Assembly: GCF_006345805.1 (NCBI RefSeq)
Contig: NC_043002.1
Location: 80,972,001 to 81,036,000 of the forward strand
Source of the DNA: Octopus sinensis
Taxonomy: Eukaryota
Direction of reading: 5' to 3'
DNA: 64,000 nt
In this document: piece by piece, positions 13,364-26,700 of the stretch
Layout of the letters: each line of letters starts with the position of its first letter
Numbering within the stretch: position 1 is the stretch's first letter
The notes under the pieces: model-generated
The model's database searches: none
Seen by the model: only the letters and a program-made list of their open reading frames with translations
Told to the model about the DNA's origin: nothing
Program-made: the position numbers and the translations under genes

Positions 13364-13500
13364 TTAATAATAATAATAATAATAATAATAACAATAAATG
13401 AATAGTTTTATTTGATTTACTAACTAAATTTGATAACCACAATAATAATTCTTATAGTATTGTATAGTTTATAGCTTTTATTCTTATTTATATTCTTATA

Positions 13501-14787
13501 CGAGGGACGTTCAATAAGTAATGCCCTTGACCCACTTGCAGTTGTTTGAGCTAGCTGAAATTTTGCATGTGCAATCATTTATATCTCTATAGAGAAAGTG
13601 ACAAAGTACAGCTCTGAACTAATTGTGGTTTCCGATTTACAGGTGTTTGAACTGAGTCAAGTGTGAAATGGAGCCTGTTGAGTGTCGAGCAGTGATCCGG
13701 TTTTTGTATTTGAAAGGACGCACACCACGGGAGACTTTTGATGAAATGAAAGTAACTTATGGTGATGATGCCCCATCATATGACCTTGTAAAACGCTGGT
13801 ATCGGGAATTCAAACATGGTCGGAACTCTGTGGAAACAGCTCCCAGATCTGGTCGCCCCCCGTTCTGCCATTGATGAGGCATCAGTCCGTCAAGTTGAGG
13901 CTGCCATTTGAGGCTGCATAATTATTCGCCAAATAGCCCATGAGGTCAAGATTAGTACCGGGTCTGTGGAAACTATCATTCATGACCATTTGCATATGCA
14001 AAAAGTGTCTGCCAGATGGATTCCCAGGTTGCTCACGCCTTTCCAGAAGCAAGAACGCGTCGAGTGCTCGAGGATGAATTTGGAGATGGGCCAAGAAGAT
14101 GAGTCAAAGGTTTTCAAAAGACTGATTACACAGGATGAAACCTGGGTCCATCAGGATGATCCAGAGACCAAAGCCCAGTCAATGCAGTGGGAGCACCGTG
14201 ACTTACCCCCTCCAAAGAAGGCAAGGGTGCAGCCCTCCGCTGGCAAGGTCATGCTCACAGTCTTCTGGGACCAGGACGGAGTAGTGATGACAGATTTCCT
14301 GGCAAAGGGTACCACAATTACAGGAGCCTATTATGCTTCACTTTTGAGGAAATTAAGAGAAGTTATCAAAATCAAGAGGCGGGGCAAGATCAGCAAAGGC
14401 ATCCTCCTCCTGCAGGACAACGCTCCGGTCCACAACTCGCTTGTCGCCAGATCAGAAGCACAGGCGTATGGCTATGAACTCCTCCCCCATCCCCCTACTT
14501 TCCTGACCTTGCACCCTCTGATTTTCACCTCTTCCCAGTCATGAGGTTGTTTTTGAAAGGAAAGCGTTTCCCAGATGATGCAGCCTTGATTTCTGAAGTC
14601 ACGTTCATTTTGGAGGACCAAGCTGGGGTCTTCTACAAAAACGGTCTCCAGAGCTGCATCAAGCAATGGAATAAATGCGTAACTCTGGGTGGTTTCTATG
14701 TAGAAAAAGACTAATAACTGTGCTAAGTTCCGTTGCTCTACTGCTATGGGAAGTGGGTCAGGGGCATTACTTATTGAACGCCCCTCG
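13501..14787 (+). mobile_element. Full-length mariner DNA transposon (irritans/Hsmar2-like by terminal sequence), 1287 bp
   Basis: TIRs of about 37 bp (CGAGGGACGTTCAATAAGTAATGCCCTTGACCCACTT and its near-perfect inverse ending at 14787). TA duplications at 13499-13500 and 14788-14789. Confidence 0.95.
13668..14714 (+). pseudogene. Mariner D,D34D transposase, disrupted
   Basis: Motifs MEPVECRAVIRFLYLKG, RSGRP, ARWIPRLL, TQDETW, LLQDNAPVH and PDLAPSDF. Frameshift and stop around 13860-13920, and a frameshift near 14497. Confidence 0.92.
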
Positions 14788-15315
14788 TAGCTTGTATTCT
14801 TATAATTGTGTTACTTCTGAAAGAATTAATAAAATTTGGATATATACTATTTATAGTCCTTCATCTAAAAAAATAATATTGATTATATTTATCGTGGATC
14901 GATACTCAACCCTTATATTTTTGCTTATCGTACTTTATTTTATTTACTGACTTCGCTCTTCCATAATATACGTATTTAGGGACGTTTACTTGCTAGTTAC
15001 TGCGAATAATCCTTAATTATGTAACTTCATGTAGCTTGGTTCTGAAAGACTAGTAATATTTTGACATCCATTATTACCGCCTAACTCTATATCTATGGAG
15101 TAATATAGGTTGTAGTTATTGTAGTTCTAAGTTTCTCTTCATATTTATTACGGAATTCTCCCTCCGATAAACTAAGTAAATAAAGAACATTTTTTTCTTT
15201 TTTTTTTGTTATTTACTTTAAACAATATTTTTATTTCGAGAAATTTGAATGAAAGAAAAAGAGTTGTTATACATTCTTTTCTACTCTAGGCATAATGCCC
15301 GAAATTATTGGGGAG

Positions 15316-15682
15316 AGAGCCAGTCGTTTAGATTGACCTCAGTATGCAACTGGTATTTAATTTATCGACCAAGCAACGATGAAACCCAAAGTCGAAGTCG
15401 ACCTCGGCAGAATTTGAACTCAGAACGTAAAGACAGACGAAATACCTATTTTTTCTACTACCCAAAAGGGGCTAAACACAGATAGGACAAACAAGGTCAG
15501 ACAAAAGGATTAAGTCGATTACATCGACACCAGTGCGTAACTGGTACTTAATTTATTGAAACCGAAAGGATGAAAGGCAAAGTCGACCTCGGCGGAATCT
15601 GAACTCAGAACGTAGTGGCCGACGAAATACGGCTACACATTTCGTCCGGCGTGCTAACGTTTCTGCCAGCTCGCCACCTTGA
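15316..15682 (-). mobile_element. SINE family B, two co-oriented copies (partial 15316-15445, complete 15450-15682)
   Basis: Minus-strand head GGCGAGCTGGCAGAAACGTTAGC, B box GAGTTCAGATTCC, and conserved core GGTCGACTTTGCCTTTCATCCTTTCGG. Confidence 0.88.
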
Positions 15683-16088
15683 CTTGTGTTAATATTATTT
15701 GAGATATATAAAAATATATTTTGATAGTTGTAGATTCTATTTACTTTATTATTTTGTCTGTTATATTTTTTATTTGTTCTTTTAGTTGAAAAGTTAACGC
15801 TCACGCTCCTAAACATAGGCATTTGAATTAATTTTTTTTTTACAATCCAGCAGTCCTTTCACACAGAATTTCGTATGTCTTTAAACCAAAGGTCTGAAGA
15901 GACTTATGTAAATAGATATGAATTGTTTATAAATCAAATAATGTATGTAACTCGAAACAAATTTTTGGCTCTTTTGGGTTTTTACTGATTTTTTATGTTA
16001 TATTATATTTTATTCATAGTATGTTATGTTATATTATGATATAAATGAATTATTGGATTATCAATTGAATCTATTTAATTTATTGTTT

Positions 16089-16469
16089 ACTAGCAGTATC
16101 GCCCGGCGTTGCTCGGGTTTGTAAGGGAAATAACTATATAAGCATTTTTAGAGATGTAAAGTATAATAGCCATCTCAATATGGCTAACCACAAGGGGGGG
16201 TGTTACTGTAGCTTTTTACGTTCTGAGATTTAATAATAAATTTTTAGAGAGTTACTTCCCTTATATATGCCAAAAATGCATTAAAAATGGGAAACATTGA
16301 TGGTAAATTTTTTTTTAAATCGTAGACTCATCGTAGACACGCGCTAATACCCAGAAGGGCTCGATATGAATCACCGGTTTTGGTTAAACTGCACCGCAAA
16401 ATGTGGGAGTAGTTAGGAATCTAAATCGTAGGAGACAGACAACATACAACCTCACTTTTATATATAAAG

Positions 16470-16471
<2 letters not shown>
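16089..16471 (+). mobile_element. Non-autonomous Helitron-like element (Lep1/DINE-type architecture)
   Basis: 5' end ACTAGCAGTATCGCCCGGCGTTGCTCGGG with a CCCGG/TCGGG hairpin. 3' end GACAGACAACATACAACCTCACTTTTATATATAAAGAT runs into (AT)n. No TIR or TSD is seen. The family call rests on recalled end motifs. Confidence 0.6.
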
Positions 16472-16528
<57 letters not shown>

Positions 16529-16559
16529 AGAGAGACAAACAGACACACAGACAGACCGG

Positions 16560-16658
<99 letters not shown>

Positions 16659-18139
16659 TCTGGTACTTTGAGTAGATCTAACACGGTCGAAACGTGTATC
16701 ATGTGGTTAGCCGATATTGTGTGAGATGTGTTCCTTGCCAACTTGTTTCAACCGGCAATATGAGCGAGGGGTTTTATAGAACTCCAAATAAATCAAACCC
16801 TGCAAACGTTTTTGTTCTAAATAAGCCACACCAGCAAAAAGGCCGATCGACTTCCAGTTTGCCCGTTAACCTATTTTTCAGAAAAAAAAGGGTCAATAGC
16901 TCTATATGTTGTGTTGTCCCTTTGGATAGACAGCTATCCCTAGACTTAAGCAATATTTAGATGGATGTGGAATAATGAAATTTTCTAACTTAGGAAGAAA
17001 GCGACACATTTAGCTGGATAGTACACTGGATTAAATCGGCATCAGTATTTGATCCTTTATAATATAAAAGATAGTTTCGATTTGCACAGGATTTGAAATC
17101 AAAGCCGTGAAGGAGATATAGGAGATACATCCTAACTTAATTTGTCTGTTATCCACCCGTTCTAACGATTCGTTACTGCTCTGATGTGCGCTGGATAATA
17201 TTCTATTATATTGTCGGACTTGTGCTCATGCAAAGAATTGATCACTGTTGCTACTGCTTAATTATTAGTCTCATTTTGTAAGTACTAACTCTTTAATATT
17301 ACTCATTCCATAACTGTTAAATGATTTCTGCATTGTTGTGTTAGTTTTTAATGCTATTGTTGATTAGCTCTAGTCAAACTTATCGAAAGTAATTCTATTA
17401 ACAAAGAATTCCAATCGTGAACATCTCGTCTTTTTAGGGATATCTAGGATTGTTGTTCAGCCCTTGGCCATTTAAACCCGACCAAATGGATCAATGGTCA
17501 AATTTAATTGCAGCTCTGACCATCTCGTTTTTTAGGAGTAGCTGTGATTGTTGTTTATCGCCAACCAGTCAACCACGATCGGGCAGCCACATGTCCAAAG
17601 TTCTTCCAGTTCTGATTATTCAGTCTTTTTTTTTTATTATTATTATTTTCAATAATAATAATAATAAGATTATCCAAATGAAACCTTCAATTTTTTTTTA
17701 AGGTGGCACAGTTCTATGTTGTACGACGTGACTTAAGTGTTTTGGCTGCTATTTTTAGCAGGCTCAGTTACCAAGTAGAATCTCCCTTGGTTCAATTACT
17801 ATAGTTTACGTTGTTGTCCGATATTATTGTTACTGCTGCTACTGCTTCTGCTACAGCCATTGTTACCATTATCTTTGTTGCTATACTGCTGCAACAACAA
17901 CATGGCTTACAATATATAATTTCCATTGTATTCGCCATTTTATTTGACAACAAACTGAATTGAATTTCATTGAATTATCTTGAATACTTCTTCTAAAGAA
18001 CGCCAAATCCTCTGCTTCTTCCTAAAACAGAATCAAAGTGTTCTACAGCTGTGTGAAGCGACGCGTTCATACACTACAAAAGATAGACGGACTAATGATG
18101 TCTTGCTTACTCACAAGGCATGAGACTTAGAATGGCAAG

Positions 18140-18400
18140 CAAATGCGATTACGCAAACTTCATGCCTTTCGCAAAACTATTAGTAACGTAAGAAAAGTGA
18201 AATGGCTTCATCCAGGAATTGAATTTGGAACGCATGTAAGTGATAAGACGCGAGAACGCGCAGTGTTTGAAGGCAGAGATCTGGAAGAGAGCCGCTTCCT
18301 AGGCAGACGGAGGACAACGTGGATCGACAACATCAAGAAGTAACCCAGTCGAACGTTCAAAGATGTTAAAGGTTTGACTGCAAGTGAGATCACAGCAGCA
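18140..18400 (+). mobile_element. Decayed 3' end of an RTE-like LINE
   Basis: VFEGRDLEESRFLGRRRTTWIDNIKK resembles the RTE C-terminal EG...GR.R..W.DNI motif. Confidence 0.45.
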
Positions 18401-18781
18401 GAAAGAGGTCCTCTGAGGGAGGTTCTGGCAGACTGTAGCACGTGGTGATGACGGCAAAAACGGCGATGATGACAATGATGATGGTGGTTATGTTGATGAT
18501 CAACACCGCCACCACCTTCATCATTATCATCATCAACATCATCATCATTATCGGCATTATCATCATCGTCAGCATCATCATCATGACCATGATGGTAGTT
18601 GCGGGGTATAATGATGACAGTGGTGGTGGAGGAGGACGTGGATAAAGAGAATAAGGAAGTTTATGGTCATGAGCATGATCGTGTTGGTAGTGCTGGTAGT
18701 GGGAAAGGTGTTTGTGATGATGATGATGATGATGACAATGGCGAATGTTGTAGTGATGATGATGATAAGGAAGATGTAGAT

Positions 18782-19113
18782 CAAAGGTTCTCAAACGTTT
18801 AGGGCCACCGCTCCCCTCATGGCCACATAATACCCTCAGCGCTCCCACCTTTATTTTTATGTATAAATAACTATTTTATATTTTACTAATTTATATATAC
18901 TATGAATCATTTCATATTTAATATAGTATTAAATAATTTGTACACAATACTATAATATAAAAAATTCATAGCATCCCCCAATTCACTGCCTTCCTCCCAA
19001 CGCCTCCTTTTTTGTCTTGCCCCCTCCCGTCACCGCCCGTTTAGTCACCAGTTCCCACCTGGTTCGTCTCAACGCCCACTGGTGGTCAGGAGCGCCCACG
19101 TTGAGAACCTATT
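18782..19113. mobile_element. hAT (Charlie-like) MITE
   Basis: Ends are CAAAGGTTCTCAAAC and GTTGAGAACCTATT. The 8-bp target duplication is ATGTAGAT on the left and ATTTAGAT on the right once the adjacent mariner is removed. Confidence 0.7.
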
Positions 19114-19118
19114 ATTTA

Positions 19119-20388
19119 TCAGGTCATCCCATAAGTTCTGTCCGATTGTACCTTTTTTAAAATTGAATGAAATTTAATAGTATTTTAGAATATCTAATGG
19201 AATTAAAAATTACTGTATGTCTTTGTGTACATTTAAACTAATTAAATATTATTTTACAGAATAATAGAATTAAAATTTCTTTGATTAAAACCTTTTCTAA
19301 CATGGAAGTATCCAAAGAACATTTGAGGCACATAATGCTTTATGAGTACAAAAAAGGAAACTCTGCAGCCGAAGCGACTCGAAACACTCAGTTTATGAGA
19401 AAGAATGCTTGAATGAAAGAACTTGCAGAAGATGGTTTGCAAAATTCAGAAGTGGAGATTTCAGCCTTGAAGATCGAACAGGATGTCTAGTTGAGTTTGA
19501 TGATAAGCTCATTCAGGCATTACTAGAAGAAAATCCTGCTTTATCAGTTGAAGAATTGGCAATAAAGCTTAGTTCAAAACACACAACTGTTCATCGTCAT
19601 CTTCGATGACTGGGAAAGGTTCCTAAATTTGGAAAATGGGTGCCTCATGAATTGTCCAAAGCAACTGCAAATCCCGAGTTGACATCTGCTCTTCTTCCCA
19701 TTTTTGTGAACTCATTTCACACTTTTTGGATAGACTTATGACTGGTGACGAAAAATGGATCTTCTATCGAAATGTTAAATGTCATAAACAGTGGCTTGGT
19801 AAAATCTCAACCACAAAACAGAAGCGAACTTCATGGGGAAAAGGTTCTTCTCTCTATCTTGTGGGATTGCAAAGGAGTAATTCACTTTGAATTGTTACCA
19901 CCTAATGCAACAATCAATGCTCATGTCTACTGAGAGCAATTAGAGCGTTTGAACCAAGCTTTGAAGAAAAAAAGACAAACTTTAGTGAATCGAAAAGGAG
20001 TGATGCTTCATCAAGACAATGCTCGACCTCACACTGCAAAGATCACATCACAGAAGATTGAAAAGCTTGGTTGGTGAAAAATTCCTCATATCCATCTTTT
20101 TCTCCCGAACTTGCTCCTTCAGACTAACATTTGTTTCATAGTTTACAGAATTATTTGGGGGACATAACTTTCGCAAACCAGGAGGAGGTCGAAACTGACA
20201 TTTCAGAGTTCTTCACTTTGAAATCAAAAGAGTTTTACATTGATGGGATTAAAAATCTTGTAAATAGATGCAAGGATGTCATAGATAATCAGGGAATGTA
20301 CATTGATGATTAAATTTCAATTAAATATAACATTTGATCACTTGTTTTCTTTATTCAAAATTCGGACAGAACTTATGGGATGACCTGA
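19119..20388 (+). mobile_element. Full-length mariner DNA transposon (cecropia/mellifera-like), 1270 bp
   Basis: TIR TCAGGTCATCCCATAAGTTCTGTCCGA with its inverse ending at 20388. TA duplications at 19117-19118 and 20389-20390. Confidence 0.95.
19302..20313 (+). pseudogene. Mariner D,D34D transposase, heavily disrupted
   Basis: Motifs MEVSKEHLRHIMLYEYKKG, RRWFAKFRSGDFSLED, WVPHEL, TGDEKW, HQDNARPH and SPELAPSD. Several stops and frameshifts. Confidence 0.9.
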
Positions 20389-21484
20389 TAGATGATAACT
20401 TTAGCTGGAGTTATAGGCTGACAATATGACAGCATTAAACTAAGCCTTCGGTTCAAATTAATTTTCAACGTCCGAACTTACTTTCCACATCTAATTTTTG
20501 ACAAAATAAATGTGCAATCAGGTGAATTATTTATTAGTCGTGATCAGTTTCACTGAATTTTCTCTCTATATATATGATGAACTCTCCCGCCGAAGACGAC
20601 ATATGTACGTTCAGCTTTTGCAGAACGACCTGCACGGATGATTTGTTTATATATATAACTGGTGAATGACTGTTAGATCGATTCTTAGACTGGTAGTCTA
20701 TCATTTGCAAAATCCTTGTCCTTGATCTACAGCTCTTCAACAATTTACATCTTACTTTTTCTTTCATCTTATTGTTCATTTTTTCAAACCGTCCATTAGT
20801 CATCGTTTACTATTCGAATGACTGAAATTCGTAGCGTTTTTATTTATTTATTCATCCATTTATTACCGTAGATGGGTTCTTGTTATTTTCTTCTCGCTGT
20901 CTTCGTTAGTCTTTGATCATTCTTAGTTCTGTATCTCTTTCTCATCGTGGAAGGACGGTGGGGTAGTACGAAAGTTCTGACTGTAAGATGACACCCGAAG
21001 TCGTCGTATTCTAGCATTGAACACGAGGTGATCTCTTTTACTATTATTGGATCTTCGACCATTAGTGCCCTGATAACAACAGCTTATACGCCCTGCTGTT
21101 CTGCGCTTCTTATATTTCCCTTCCTTTCCCGCTACTCTGAATAGAAACTCCTCAGATGACTATAAGTGCCACATGCGTAACAACTAGGATTTCTTCCTTA
21201 CCACATCAGATACATCAAATTTCTCTTTGTGCTAACGATGGGATACAGTTCCGAGATAGCTTTGCATCAACAGGTTTATCCCCATATACACCCCACCTAT
21301 TAACTATATCTCAGTTCTCCCCACCTGAACGAATACCATCTTCATTGCAGTCTTGCAACCCGTGCCAAGAGTCAACCCCACCACAATTATCTTTCCTATG
21401 ATTTTTCTTTTACGTCTTCCCATGAGCAAAGAAATGATGATACCGATAATTCTTTCCAAAGTTTCGTTAGAGAAGCCGAAATAC

Positions 21485-22262
21485 ATAGAGCCCAAAACTC
21501 AACTGGTACTTATTTTATGGATCTTGAAAGGATGACAAGCAAAATCGACCTCGAGAAAATTTCAATTCAGAATGTAAAACCAGAAAAAGTTCCCCAAGCA
21601 TTTTGTCCAGCATACTAATTATTCTAGCAGCTCCATAATGATTATGATTAACGGGATAGATATGCAAGCCATTATATAAACAATAGTTATTGATTGGTAC
21701 TTCTTGCAATTTAAAAACTGCAAACCCGAACAAACCGGTGAGGTTCTTAATCGGCACAAATTACTCCATAGCAGAATTCCTGTCATTTTTCTTATTGGCC
21801 CCCAAAAACTCAGTCTGGCAGGATTTGGGTGCGGAACGTGAAACGGACACAACTAACATAAGACATATTTTTCTGCCACTTTATTAATTCAGTTTCCTAC
21901 ATAATATACAATAAGACTGGTGTAAATAATGAGTTTAAATTTTGGCACAACGCCAGCAATTTCGGGGTAGGGTATATCGATTACATCAACCCCCGGTGCT
22001 CAACTGATACTTATCTTATCAACCCCGAAAGGGACGAAAGGCAAAGCTGAACTCGGTGGGATTTGAACTCAGAACGTAAAAACGAACGAAATACCGGTAA
22101 GCATTTTGCCCGTCGTGCTAACGATTCTGCCGGCTTGCCGTGCCACAAGGTCAACAAGTTCGGTGTTGTTAGGGAAAAGTCGATTACATCGAACCCCAAG
22201 GGCCCAACTGGTACTTATTTTATCGACCCTGATTTTGAACGGAATTTGAACTCAGAACACCT
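21485..22262 (-). mobile_element. SINE family B cluster (degenerate 21485-21620; 21930-22140; partial 22145-22262)
   Basis: Repeated plus-strand motifs CAACTGGTACTTATT, AAAGTCGACCTCGG-like and ATTTGAACTCAGAAC. Confidence 0.75.
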
Positions 22263-22554
22263 TAAACGTATTTGAATACTAGAAGCATTATACTGCCCGA
22301 TTAACACAGGAAGGAATTTAGCTTCGTGTCTTTATTCTCTGGATCTACGTACGGTCGTCTTTCAGGGAGATGGAATTTATTTTGCCGCCTGTCCTATGGC
22401 AGAGGAAAAATCAGAGCCAGCAGTTTATTGAAGTCGATTCAGTAGACACGATAGGCATTTGCCTTAAATATTGGTGTCCTCGTGCCTATGTGATAAGAAA
22501 TCAATAAGCAATCAATCAGTAATAGTGACAAGGCGAAGAAGAAGTAACAGGAAG

Positions 22555-22588
<34 letters not shown>

Positions 22589-22631
22589 ATATATATATAA
22601 TATATATATATATATACACCTATATATATAT

Positions 22632-22666
<35 letters not shown>

Positions 22667-22963
22667 CATTTATACCCAAATATATATATGTGTATATATA
22701 CACGTATGTATGTATCAATATATGTTTATGCATATATGTGTGCGTTTGTATTTATGAGTGAATGAATGTGTGTGTATACATACGCATATATACATAGATA
22801 CAAATACATATACATACATATACATGGATAGGTATATACATATAAGTATATGTACATATACATGTATATATATGTATATATACATGTATATATATGTATA
22901 TATATGTGTACATGTATATATATATATATATACATATATATACATACATATATATACATACAC

Positions 22964-23029
<66 letters not shown>

Positions 23030-23044
23030 GTATGTATATATATG

Positions 23045-23118
<74 letters not shown>

Positions 23119-23119
23119 C

Positions 23120-23163
<44 letters not shown>

Positions 23164-23539
23164 ACTAGATAGCTCTTTTCTTGGCCAATAACATTTACTA
23201 ATGTCAGAATAAATTTCGCTTCGACTTTTCTCGCTTCACTAGCCATCGGCAATATATTTTCTCTTTTGATATGAACACATTTCATATCGCAAAGCGACAC
23301 ACAGACAAGTGGTGATCTGAGTGCGATATGAAGAAAAACAAACAAGCAAACAACCAACACACTAACAAAACAAATATATAATGTAAAATCAAATATAATA
23401 AATAGACAAAAAAAAATATTAAAATAAATACTCTCATTGTTATTGCCATGACAACGACGATCACCATTAATATTGTGTGTTACCCGCTACTGTAACCTTC
23501 CAGAACAAATGGAGCAACGACAACCAGCCAACGACGGAG

Positions 23540-24260
23540 CCTGTATGTGGCCAGGAGGCTTGCTAAAAATGACAGCAAAATTTTGAAATCAAGCACTGTC
23601 GGCTTAAAAAGCGAATGTTGCATAATATTATCCTGATTTCCCTTTTGGAAGTAGCAACTGAATAACCCTCAAATTACGTCTGATCGTCCTAGAAAAAAAA
23701 AGCAGGTTTTACAACGTGGCCTTGATGAGGCACGATCACGCCTAGAAAGCTTTTATTTGCAGGACTATTCGATCATTGTTGAGTTATCGAGCAGGTATCG
23801 CTTTAAGCTCTTTCATGTAAAATAAAGCGGAATGGGCACAGCTAGAAAGTCTTTATCTGTATGGCGGTTCGATCAGAGTTCACTGACCGCGCAGATATTA
23901 TAAAAACCATTCAATCCCTAGGAATGTGACTAAATACCACTATGAATTATGTCAACGTGCAACACCCTGTCATTTCCACAGTCTTCTGTTCACTGTAAAG
24001 AGAGCGCTACTGCCTTCCGCAACAATAAGAAAATGATTATCTCCACCAACGAAGGAAACCTGTTTTGTTATGCGATCAGCTAGAAACAGCAACTAAATTT
24101 GCCTCATATCAGCTCCTTACAGCTTTAAAAGTAGATGGACACACCGGATATATTATAATTCGAGGCATTTCGTAAAAGGGTTTCGTCACGGATGGATTGA
24201 TTTTCACTATTGGTCTTGCTCGATAAGAATCGATAAAAGACTATACAACGACAGCAACAA
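23540..24260 (+). repeat. Decayed copies of an unclassified interspersed repeat (similar pieces near 6400, 17400, 24340 and 26240)
   Basis: Recurring GCTA(G/A)AAA(T/C)AGCAGC-like and GGCTGGAA..CCTTTGATCAT-like segments. Similarity was judged by eye only. Confidence 0.4.
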
Positions 24261-26665
24261 GAACAAAACGAGAGCAGTCAATACAACATTGTAACTACAG
24301 CAGCAGCAACATTTTATTTGAACAAAAAATATAGACGAGATAGACACGGCTGGAAAGCCTTTGATCATATGCTTAATCAAAACTTACTAAGGGTTAAATT
24401 ACTGCAACATCGACCAGCACTACATTTAAAAGTTGAAACTGATGTTGTCCTATACCTCTGAGAGCATGTTTCCCACCAGACAATAAGCTAAAAATAGCAG
24501 CTAAAATATAATGCATATCACATGCTGTTGGAAAATGTAGCTCTAGGTACCTTTAATATAGACGAGATGGTCGTGGTTGGAATGTTTTCGATTATTGGTT
24601 TGTCTGCCAAGGGTTTAGTGGGGGAGAAAAACAACAAATAACGGATTTTATAAATGTGACGAATCCAAAGACATTGAATTAAAGATAAGTGGCTGAAAGC
24701 GAATACCAAAATCCCCCGGATAAAGATGCCATCATCATCGTCATCATCATCATCGCCATCATCATCGTCATCATCATCATCGCCATCACCATCATCATCA
24801 TCGTCGTCGTCGTCGCCAACAACATCGCCATAATCATCAACATCACCATCATCAGCATCAGCATCATCATCGCCATCATCGTCGTCATCGTCATCATCAT
24901 CAGAAGCAACAGCAGCATCATAGTTACCATCGTCATCTTTCGGATGTTATTTTAGGATTACTCAGATTGGCAATCCCCACTTCCTGTTTTCCATGATATT
25001 GCAGAAAGGTCATGTTCTTCAGAAAAATCCTACACTTGTTATGTGCCTATCGCTTTATCTCTCTCTCCTTTCTACCATCAATGCAAACACATGTAATCTC
25101 TATATTTTTCAAAGTAATAGTAAATCAATTATATTTACTGTTTTACGGGTAAAATTGCGTTTTACTCAGAGTATCTGGGCAGGATTTTCTTTATCTGCGT
25201 CTTCTTCGTCTTCATATAAATAATCCCTTGAGAAAAATCTGCTTTTAACATGGAGTTCTCGCGAGAAACATACCTAAAGTAAGCGAACATTCGACGTTTT
25301 ATTGCAACAAGGACTTGCCGCTTGAAAATGCTGTTTTGACGTGTTCACTGTATACGAGAAGCGTAGCAGACTTCGGAAGTACTTCAGTAGTTCAAACGTC
25401 TGGTAAAAGACAACTAACAACTTGAATAGCACTTGCTCCTGGACGCAAAAATATATATATTCAGCCCATTTTTTAATTTAGATTTTTACAGAGCAAAAAA
25501 CAGGAATTTTTGATAATTGTTTCATACTGTTTAGATTTAGAACAGTTCTTCATTACTCGGTACTTGCACTTCTATTTATCTTTTAATACAGAACTTTTTT
25601 ATCTGATTCATAGACACATTACAGTAAAGACACTTAATTTCTTTACGCAGAGGACCACACTGCTTCATAAAGTTAATTACCGGAAGAAGATCATCAACTA
25701 ATATTGTTTTAATTATTATTATATATTTTTAAAGTGTGCCGTCCGTTTTGATGGATGTTCCGATATCTTGTTATTTGTGTTAATTGACTTATTCAAGTAC
25801 AAAGTTAAACTGAATCGGCTAAATAAAGAGCTTCGCAGTTCAAGAGTATAAAGGAACCGATACCAAAGAGGAACTAATTCTAATAATTAAATTATTAAAA
25901 TGACCTCAAGAATGTCTTTTTTAAAAACATATGGTTGATTATGAACATAGATTAGTTTAAGTCTAGCCGATTTTACTCCAGTGCCTTTGATATTGACCGA
26001 GTTAATGGTTTTCCTCAAAGGATTGATTCTACTTTGATGTCGATTCCGTCAAATTTATGTTTTGGGTATATGTTATTATCCAAGAAGAGTTAGTTCACAA
26101 ATACCTTTTAAACCTCATTATAAAATTAAAGAACACGAAGAAACTCATAAAAAGTTAGAGAACTCCAAGTAGGTTTAGGCATCGTGATCTTTGTAAGCTA
26201 CCACATTGCAAAACAGAGCCAATGTGGTGGCGAGTGTTACACATGCTAAAAATAGCCGCCCAAGTTGTTTTCAAAGTCACCCAACCATCTTGGAAAATAA
26301 AGGATACCGTTACACAATGCCTTAGATATCTGGAAAAAAAAACACGATATGGTTACGGCTGAAATGCCATTGATCGTTGGCTTCTCGATGTGAGTTGAGC
26401 CGGTGCTAAACAACTATAAAAACAAACACAAGCATATTTTCTTCTTCAGGCTATGCAACACCTGATGAATTCAAGAGATTGTTGCTATGAGATTAAATAT
26501 CCTCCAGTAAGGTCAGTTGAGAGGAATTTTTCGACTCTTTAGACAAAGTAGATAGTAGCAAAAGTGATCTTTAAAGACAAATGACTGAGAGTAAAGAACA
26601 TGTTTGCTCAGTGACGATATTCAATTCAGCTGTTTAGACTAATGCCGACGAACACACACACACAC

Positions 26666-26700
<35 letters not shown>

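Noticed and set aside
20560-21470. Non-repetitive-looking stretch with 60-89-aa ORFs, possibly a decayed RTE endonuclease region on the minus strand
   Set aside because: I could not recover any diagnostic motif with confidence.
22411-25273. Possible minus-strand exon chain (25166-25273, 23199-23316, and from 22485) with compatible phases
   Set aside because: The acceptors are fair but the donors are weak (GA|GTAAAC, TA|GTAAAT), and the joined peptide matches nothing I recognise.
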